Positions 54,348 to 64,000 of a DNA stretch of 64,000 nt are shown one piece after another. Source of the stretch: the human T2T-CHM13v2.0 reference genome, Homo sapiens. The stretch lies in NCBI RefSeq assembly GCF_009914755.1, contig NC_060925.1; one strand, written 5' to 3'. The notes beneath the pieces are model-generated. The model was not told the DNA's origin. It was given only the letters and a program-made list of their open reading frames with translations, and searched no databases. The translations under genes were made by a program, and so were the position numbers. The first letter of the stretch is position 1; every line of letters begins with the position of its first letter.

Positions 54348-54366
54348 TTTTCAGATGAGGAAAAAT

Positions 54367-54656
<290 letters not shown>

Positions 54657-55361
54657 GGGGGGAAAGAAATGACGTAGGGAAGTTCAGTTTTAGCCCAACA
54701 CCAATGGACTAGTAAGGTCAGGTTGACTCCTGAGGATTAGAACTCAGGTCTGACTGACTCCTGAGCCTGTGCTCATTCCAACTCTCTGTCTGGTTCAGGA
54801 GATAATAGGGGGGCTCCAATATCCAACTATGAGAGCTGACAGGCTGTAAAGGGCCATGGGGGAAGCACACACCAAGGTTCAAGTGTAAATCCTGCTAGAA
54901 ATACTGAGCTAAAACAGAACAACAATTTTGGCAGCATTGTTGACAGTCCCTGAGATGAAGGAAAGTAATTTGAGGGCATCTGCTGAAACTTTCCAGTTTT
55001 AAGACTGGCTTTCATTATTTTTCTTTCAGCTGTAGCTTTCTCAGATAATGAATGTACCATATGTCTCTATCTCCAGGTTCCCATACAAATTAGGAAACTA
55101 AATGCCAGATGATTAAAACAGTTTTCTGCTTGTTTCCATGGGAAATCAACTGCTGGGAGCCCTCAGGAAATGAGAGGAAGAATGTGTTCAGCTGAAGGTG
55201 TTTGCTAGTGAGAACATGCACTCTGCTTGCAACCCAGGTACCAGTCCACAGACTGTTCAACATTTTGGCCCAGGTGAGACACCATCCTAAGCTGCCGGCC
55301 CTGCTGGTGGCCAAGTGAGACCATGGAGATCATTGTGCCCTGTCCTACTCCCTTGTGCCTC

Positions 55362-55378
55362 CACCACTAGGGGGCTGG
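55362..55378 (+). promoter_or_regulatory. Candidate CTCF site
   Basis: CCACTAGGGGGC (55364-55375) fits the core CCASYAGRKGGC. Confidence 0.45.
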
Positions 55379-56835
55379 GCACTATATGCCAGGTCCTTCA
55401 TGTTAGGTCCCAGCCAATGGTGCCAGGAAGATTTATTAATGACAAACAGACAGTAATGCAGGGGCCCTAGCCTCATCAACCCAGTGTGAGTTCAGCATAT
55501 TTTGAGCCCACTAGCAGGTCTTCTGGAAGACAGGGGACTATCAAGGATTCTTGCTAGAAGGGTCACTTCTGGCCATCTACAACTAGACAGAGTTAATTCA
55601 GGGGCGTGGGAACAGCATTCTGTAAAACACAGCCAAGTGTGCCCGAGGCAACTGTGCCAAGGATATCTCTAGGAGGCTGTGATTATTACTTGTTCCTGCT
55701 TGCCCCAGAATTAGCTCCAATTTGCCTGAAAGAGATAACATTGAAGAAGGAGGTTGCAAAGAGATTTCATTATTGTCTTGACAGTGAAAATCTCTGATTT
55801 GTCTGGGGAAAATTGGTTCAGGAGCTGACTCTAGTCTAACTTGAGTGTCGATAAATCTCATCCCACCTCTTGCAAATTTAGGGGGAAAAGACAACCTTTC
55901 TTGGCTTTATTAAACCAGAGTGTGACTTGGGCATGCCATAAGGAGGCTCATAGATGGAAACTAGGCAGTAAAGGAGAGCATAAAGTTTAAATTTGGACTC
56001 AGACAACCCTGAATGCTAATGCTTGTTCTTTAACTTACTATGAGATCTCAGGGAATTCTGAGCCACTATGAGTGCCTACAAAGTGAGGATATGAATACCT
56101 ACTCCTCAGGGAGGTTATGTCTTCATAACTTATGCTATATGTGTCTTCATAAGCTTATGTTAAATAAGCTAACGTAAGTAAAAGCATTTGTTCTGAGCCT
56201 GCTAGGCAGTGGATACTCAATGCCTTGTGCCTTCTCTTTCCTTTCCCTCTGTTGCTATGTTTTACTGCCAAAATTGGAAACAGATAGCTTACTGAGCAAT
56301 AAATAGGCAGGGCCCTCCCTCTCCCATACACCACTATCACCAGTACCAGCAACTTGATTTTTCTCAGAATTACTATCTAGGATATAGACAGAGCAGAGAA
56401 ATCCAAATCTTCACACATAACATACCCACTTACTTATATCTTATCATCTAGGCTTGGGTTTTTTTGCCTAGGTAGAATATTTTTCAGAGAAACTAAGTGA
56501 TGAAGGACACTCATGTTGTCTTCTGCCTAAATAAACCATTAGCAGGACCCTGTGAAATTAAAACCACGGTTCACAATTCAGTCCAATTGCCTTGCCCTAA
56601 GCTAGTCAAAACTATGTTGACTCCTCCTGTCTTCAGATGATTCATGGGCATGATTCCTTAGCATGAGGCTATCCTAACATGTTCTAGGTAAGCCAGATTA
56701 GAGGAAGCAGTTTAATCATTTTGTGGTCCTGGGCAGGCCATTAGTAAATCAGTTTTTCCATTGCAGCTATGCTATACAATCATGCTCCAGTGGCTTGATC
56801 TACTTCCATGGATTCCAGTAATAGCTATTTAATAC

Positions 56836-57576
56836 TGTCTGTGTTCTGTTTCCACCTCAACTGAATTCTGACACTAACTACCAGAATTGGCACAGATTAA
56901 GGGACAGTGTCCTTCATGAGACTGCCCTCACTTAGGATGCCAGTCATGAGTCTCAGGAGGTCCCAAGGCCACTCACACTTCTGCCCAACTGGCTTCAAAT
57001 TTAATGACTCCTATGACCCTCTCAGGTTCAGTCACTCACTAGAACAACTCACAGAACTCAAGAAAGCACAGATTTGATTACAGACTTTTTATAAAGACTG
57101 TATCTCAAGATGAGCCAAATGAAGACATACATAGGGCAAGGTCAGGGAGAGACCATACAGCTTCCATACTCTCACCCCATGGACCCAACGCACACACTCT
57201 CTTGGTATAACTATATGTTCACCAATCAGGAAGCTCCCCTGAGCCTTAGAGTCCACAGTTTTTATTGGGCTTTCATTATATATATATGACTGATTAAATT
57301 ATTGGTCAAATGATTAAACTCAGTCTCCAGCCCCCTTCCCCTCCTGACTAGTTGAGTTTTTAACTCAGGTCAAGCTGGCCCAAAGTTTGAGCACGCTAAT
57401 CCCATGGTTGGTCTTTCTGGTAACCAGCCTCTGTCCTGAAACTACATAGGAGGCTATGGTCAGACACGTCATTTGCATAACAAAGAGACCTCTATCACTT
57501 AGGGAATGCAGAGGGTTTTAAAAGCTTTGGAGTAGGAACCAGGGAAAAAGACCAATATACTCTTTATTATACCACA
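56836..57576 (-). mobile_element. LTR, MER21-like
   Basis: Minus-strand start tgtggtataataaagagtatattggtctttttccctggttcc; plus-strand ttctgacactaactacc..gagactgccctcactt. Confidence 0.65.
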
Positions 57577-58574
57577 GTCTCCTACTGAGATTTACAAACC
57601 ATGCAGGATTCGAGTTTAAGTTTTTCCCTTTGGACAGTGGGGAGTTACTTAAAGCAAGGGGAAATTGTTATTGAGCAGCTACTCTGGGCCAGCCATTCAT
57701 TTTATATGTGTTGAAAGCAGCACTTTGGGAAGATAAATCAGATGATTTCATGGAGATTGAACTGGATAAAACTAAAATGGGAAGACTGGGAAGGAGACAG
57801 TGGCCACTAGGTAGGCATAAAGTGATGAGAGCAAAACTAGAGGAGAGACGTGGAAATGCAAAGGGAGGAAAGGAAGGGGTTGAGAGATATTTTGAAGTAA
57901 GATTTCATCTTATCTAAAGTTTTGTCACCATTACAAAATACTACACAATGGTTAGAGTAGTTAAAACTGCTTGAAGAGTTAAAAGTACTTTCTAAAGATA
58001 GCCAAGTAATATAGATAAAGTGGCTCCTCTGATTTACGAGACCTTAGTATTTTATCTCAAACAAACTTCAGGACCTGTGTCTTAATTTTTGGTGGCATAC
58101 TCCCATTGGTTTCTGGACAGAAATATTGACACCTCTTGTTTTCAAATGGCTGAACTGTTTCTGTTTTAAAATTAATATTGCCCAATTTTACATTTCAAAC
58201 AGCCTTTTGAAGTTGGTTTGCTTTAGAGTACGAGGTCCTCCCTACTCTGTAGATCACAAATTTATGAGGGATTTGAAGAGATCTTGAGATGTATCCCTTT
58301 ATAGATCATGTAAAAAAGAACACATAACACTGGTGTGTTAAAACTAGCTATTTCTTCCTGCATGCGATTTCAGTAAACAATGAAAGTCTTTTTTCAAAAT
58401 TATTGGTGTGTAGCCATTTTTCTATATCAGTAACTAGGACATTGACTCATTCATATCCACAGAAGTTCTACAATATGACAGATACTTTAGATAAGAATTT
58501 CTCAAAAATACAATTTCCTGTGTTTAAATTTGGGGTGGGGGAAAGAAATGATGATTTTAGTGTATCATGGGTGA

Positions 58575-58870
58575 TATATTAAATTGAAATAAAAATGTAG
58601 AAACATTTTAAGTTATATTAGTTTTATATTTATATAAAATTTATCAATTTTAATAAAAATAACAATTTATTTACATAAATGAATACAAATTTAAATAATC
58701 AAATAAACTTTTTATATAATAAATACATAATTATATGTATATTATATGTAATATTAATTCAGGTAATAAGTATTCATTATGTTCACTTTTTAAACATTTT
58801 ATTATAACTAAGCTAACTTATAAGAAAACTGTCAATTAGTAACTCTTTACAATATAATTAAAAATTTGAA
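58575..58870. repeat. AT-rich low-complexity tract
   Basis: Almost entirely A/T for ~300 bp. Confidence 0.7.
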
Positions 58871-59209
58871 GAAAGATTCCCTTTGGCATTATACTATACA
58901 TAATTAAATCAAATCAACAAATTTTAACCTCTACCATATGGAAAATAGAAAAAAATGGAAAACTTTAAAATAAGGATGCAATTAGCTGTTAAATATTAAT
59001 AAAAATTAATGTTTGTCACATGCTTACAATATGTCAGGCTCTGTTCTAATATTTTATATGTATTAAATAATCTAACCCTCACAACCAGACTATAAAGTAG
59101 ACACTATAATTACCCCCATTTATTTCTCAGGAAACTGAGGCTCAGAGAAGTTAAGCAGCTTATTTAGGTTCTCATAGGTATGGAAGGTAAGAGTGATGAT
59201 TAATGACTA

Positions 59210-59574
59210 TAGAGTAGTTTAGTCCCTTTGGACTGCTGTGAAAAAATACCTTAGACTGAATAATTTATAAACATTTATTGCCTTAGTTTTGGAGGCTGAG
59301 AAGTTCGGGTCAAGTCACCAGCAGATTTGGTGGCTGGTAAGGGCTTCTCTGCTTCATAGATGGTACCTTTTTGCTGTCTCTTTGCTGCATCTTCATATGG
59401 CAAAAGGGATAAGCTCCCTAAAGCCTCTATCATGAGGGCATTAATCCCATTCATGATGCTGGAAATCTCATAGCCTAATCACTTCCCAAAGGCCCCACTT
59501 CTTAATACTATCACACTGGGAATTAGGTTTCAACATATGAATTTTGAGGGGACACAAACATTCAAACCATAGGA
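59210..59574 (-). mobile_element. MaLR solo LTR (MLT1A/MST-type)
   Basis: ttagtccctttggactgctg..aataccttagactg..aatttataaac..tgaattttgaggggacacaaacattcaaaccatag. Confidence 0.82.
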
Positions 59575-60415
59575 AAGCATTTACAGAAAAGAAAGTGTGA
59601 GAAAAACTTTATGAAGATAGAATTTGAAGTGAACATTTAAAGACTGATGGAATTTGGAGAGAAAGAGAGTATAGTGATAAGGACAAAAAGGAAGTAAGAA
59701 ATTAGAAGATGGTATAAAGACACATGCAAAATCAGGGAGGCAGTAAAGAACTATAAACCCATCAGAGCCATGTGCAAATTTGATTAAAGAACTGCAAAGT
59801 TCGGGAAGATGATTTTTCAAAAAAAAAAAAAAAAATAGGCGATTTCCTACTGGGTCTACAGAAATTCAGTCATCATATATGTTATAAAAAATGCCAATGC
59901 AGGTTTAAATCCAGGTAAATTCAAATACTTCCAGTTAAAAAATGTCAATACTTCCTTTTAGCTACTTGAGATTTCACAAGATCAGGAGATTCATACTTGC
60001 TTCTCTTAAACTTCTTAATTCACTCTAGATAACAGAAACAGAAAGTAAGTTCCACTCAACTCTGTTCTTCAGGGTCTTAACAGAAAGACAGAAAAATATC
60101 CACCAATCTTCACAAAAGTTTTTCAGCAAAGACCATGACGACTCCTCATTTTCTTGTGAAAATGGTTGCATGGGATGCTAGAAGTGAAACTTGCTTTTGC
60201 AACTGAAATGTGTATCATACTATTTGTCTTCGGTAGCCAGGACACTGAGTAGATGTAACGTTGCAGAGAATTTTGCATGAAGCCTTTTTATTGCTATTTT
60301 TTAGAAATCATTTTGGAGTTTTGAGAGGCTAGGCAGCAATCTATAAAGGTTGCTTATTAAATGATTTCCTCATCATCCTAAGAAATAATCATAAAAGAGT
60401 TTAAAAATTCCTTTT

Positions 60416-60712
60416 GGCCAGGCGCGGTGGCTCACGCCTGTAATCCCAACACTTTGGGAGGCCAAGGCGGGCAGATCATGAGGTCAGGAGATCGAGATCA
60501 TCCTGGCTAACATGGTGAAACCCCGTCTCTACTAAAAAAAAAAAAAAAAAAAAAAATTAGCCAGGCGTGGTGGCAGGCGCCTGTAGTCCCAGCTACTCAG
60601 GAGGCTGAGGCAGGAGAATGGCGTGAACCCAGGAGGCGGAGCTTGCAGCGAGCCGAGATCGCCACTGCACTCCAGCCTGGGCGACAGAGCGAGACACCAT
60701 CTCAAAAAAAAA
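60416..60712 (+). mobile_element. AluY with expanded middle A-tract
   Basis: ggagaatggcgtgaaccc, ggagcttgcag diagnostics; TSD aaaaattccttt on both sides. Confidence 0.94.
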
Positions 60713-61379
60713 TTCCTTTCCCCTTAAAGCACTCAGAAGTCTTGCACCACTCCTCACCTCACCCTCCTTGGGAAACTGGAGAGGCTGAGCTGCCAGTCTG
60801 ATCTGAGGAAAAGTATTGTGATGTGACTTGTAGCCTAGGCAGCATCACAATGTGCCCACCTGGGGAACCTGGAAATTGGGCAGTTTGGGGCTGGCAGTAA
60901 TAGTCTTTATAATCATGAAAAATGGAAACATCTCCAGGTAGAGAATTAGTAACTTTTAAAATATTGTTGCTCTTTCCTCCCTCTTTGGATATAGACTTAA
61001 AGACACTCAACATCTCTTGGTATTTGTTTTAGGTTACTAAATGATTTTTCAAATGCATCTATGTTAGGAGTCTGGGATACAGCAAAACCTTATGTGAAAC
61101 ATTTCCAAGTGGCATAACTAGAATGTCTCCCTACTCAAAATGGGCTATACGGTATCTTTTTTTCTCAGTCAACATGGGCTGATGCATACCAATTCACCCT
61201 TAATGGTCCTGAAATATATTCACTGTAGAGAAATGAAGATCAAAAACATCGTATATGTGAAGATAATTAGGTATGAAACTCCAGATAAGCAAGACTGTTT
61301 ATTTTTGTTTAGCACTCTAGGGGGAAAAAATGACATTTTCCAGCAGTTTAAAATACTGTGATGTTTTAAGATAGAAAGG

Positions 61380-61930
<551 letters not shown>

Positions 61931-62388
61931 GCTACCTTGTCTGTATCATTCAAATCACTGCAGCAAGTTGTCAGCCTACAACTTGCTTGTCATCTTACAA
62001 ATGTGCAGACCTGGTTGCTCTTAAATCAATACTGTTATACTTTAAAGTCTCTGATAATTTTTCAATCAGAAAGTGTTTGTTTCAAAGCAAATGATCAGAT
62101 ATATTATTATAGAAGGTATAATTTTGAATTTTGGTTAAGCCAATAAAATGAACAATTAATATAAAATGGTATCAGATCAGATATAAATAGCTATTATCTG
62201 GAGCATTTTACAAGCTAAAGAATATTCGAGACACTTAAGAGATCAGAGATGTTTTCAGTCTCCTAAATGAGACCATAAGCTGTTTTCATGTTGTGGTTAA
62301 ATGCTCCTCCTTTTGGTCACTGGAAGCAGTTCATCTTATCTGAACCCTAGTGTTTTCATTTTGGAAGCTATCAACGCAACTAACTCAG

Positions 62389-62419
<31 letters not shown>

Positions 62420-62434
62420 CGCACACACACACAC
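62389..62434. repeat. Interrupted (AC)n microsatellite
   Basis: AC run with a tgcg interruption. Confidence 0.93.
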
Positions 62435-62675
62435 ATTCTTTAATGTAACATGGTAATTCCTTTTCACTGAGAATTGATTTTTAAATAATTTTTCAAAATA
62501 AAATAGAATATAAAATATTGTCTCATCATTGTAATGAAATGTTATCATGCTGGACTTTAAATTAATGGTGTCTTTTCTTTGAAATTCCTTAATCAGAGTA
62601 CATCACTTCTAATAGCTCTCTATTGAATCTTCCTCAGAAACAAGGATGGAAGGCTATCATAAATGCCACAAGAGA

Positions 62676-62985
<310 letters not shown>

Positions 62986-64000
62986 CTAGAAAAGCATTCA
63001 TAGGAGAGAATATTCATTAGGCCAGGAATGATTCAGAGAGGGAGGGTAGATAAGTATATCAAGTTATCCCATCAATTTCCACCTAGTAGAGAGGAAAAAG
63101 CTAGTCGTTGTAAAGAAATGTGGAGGGTCTGAAATTTTCTTATCCTTGGAAACTAAAATACTAGCCTGCTACACTTTCTGGGATGGTGGTATAAGACGTG
63201 AAAAGTCCTGGGTCAGAGACAAAAGAAAGTTTACTACTCACTTCAATAGCAGTATCCAAAGTATCAGCATTTTTATATCAGTTCCTGGAGACCCACTTCC
63301 CACAGGGAGATGCAAAGAGAGCGAGAAAGCACCTAACTCCACAGTGGATTGTGTTATAGGAGAGAAATCCTGAGCTAGGGAATATCAACCTTTTATGAGC
63401 AGTAAGTATGCTTCCCGTTTGCTTTGGAGAAAAACATTATCTTTATTATACTGGACAGTAAACATGTCTGGCTTTTGCTCCAGAGAAAGACATTATCTCT
63501 ATCTTTCAAGGCTGTTCACTGTACAAATATCCTTGAACATTTATTTTGGAAGAAAGAGTACAAAAACACTAGAGACCCATAGAGAACTGTCTTCCAATAG
63601 TCACCAATAATAGACTATTCTATGTCATCTTTTTTGTGCTCAGAATATGTGCGTGTTCTATATCAGTTTCAGCTATTTCTGAAAGGATGTCATGGAACCC
63701 AGAGGCTAACAAGAGTATGTAACAGCCAGGGAACTATTCCTCAGTGTAACAGAACAAAGCTGCACTATTACCAATGAGAATGGATACTCTTTGTCCTATT
63801 AAAGATGTCAGGCACTCTATTATGACTGATGTTTGTAAGGAAAATAGCTGAAGAAAACATCTACCAAGAGGGCTTATCTTGACAGATATTCATTAAATGA
63901 GTTATAGAGCCCACAATTCCCTTCTCTTTCCAACAAGAAAAGTCTTATGAAGGCTCTGCAGTCTTTAACTCAAAAATAACAAAATATTCTATTCTAAGGA

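Overview
Primate (human-like) genomic DNA with Alu, L1 and MaLR repeats. It contains the 3' part of LRRC8B, a subunit of the volume-regulated anion channel (VRAC), on the + strand. Three small predicted 5'UTR exons lie at 7502-7562, 7694-7748 and 18843-18940. A 2.2-kb internal exon (21879-24043) carries the ATG at 21905. The terminal exon starts at 32027, stops at 32299 and has a ~4.8-kb 3'UTR ending near 37.1 kb. The spliced CDS is 713+90 = 803 aa. No promoter or CpG island is visible, so the first exon is presumably upstream of the window. The rest is intronic or intergenic sequence with L1, Alu, L2, MIR, DNA-transposon fossils, MaLR LTRs and a GC-rich MER52-type LTR, which explains the ORF cluster at 48-50 kb. 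I found no new gene family or system. The most interesting signals are post-transcriptional: an AG|GT recursive-splice-type leader exon, two uORFs, two routes to a C-terminally truncated LRRC8B, and miR-17~92 seed sites in the 3'UTR. There is also an unexplained 71-bp dispersed duplicate in the upstream intron. Repeat subfamily names are from recalled consensus and need RepeatMasker/Dfam confirmation.
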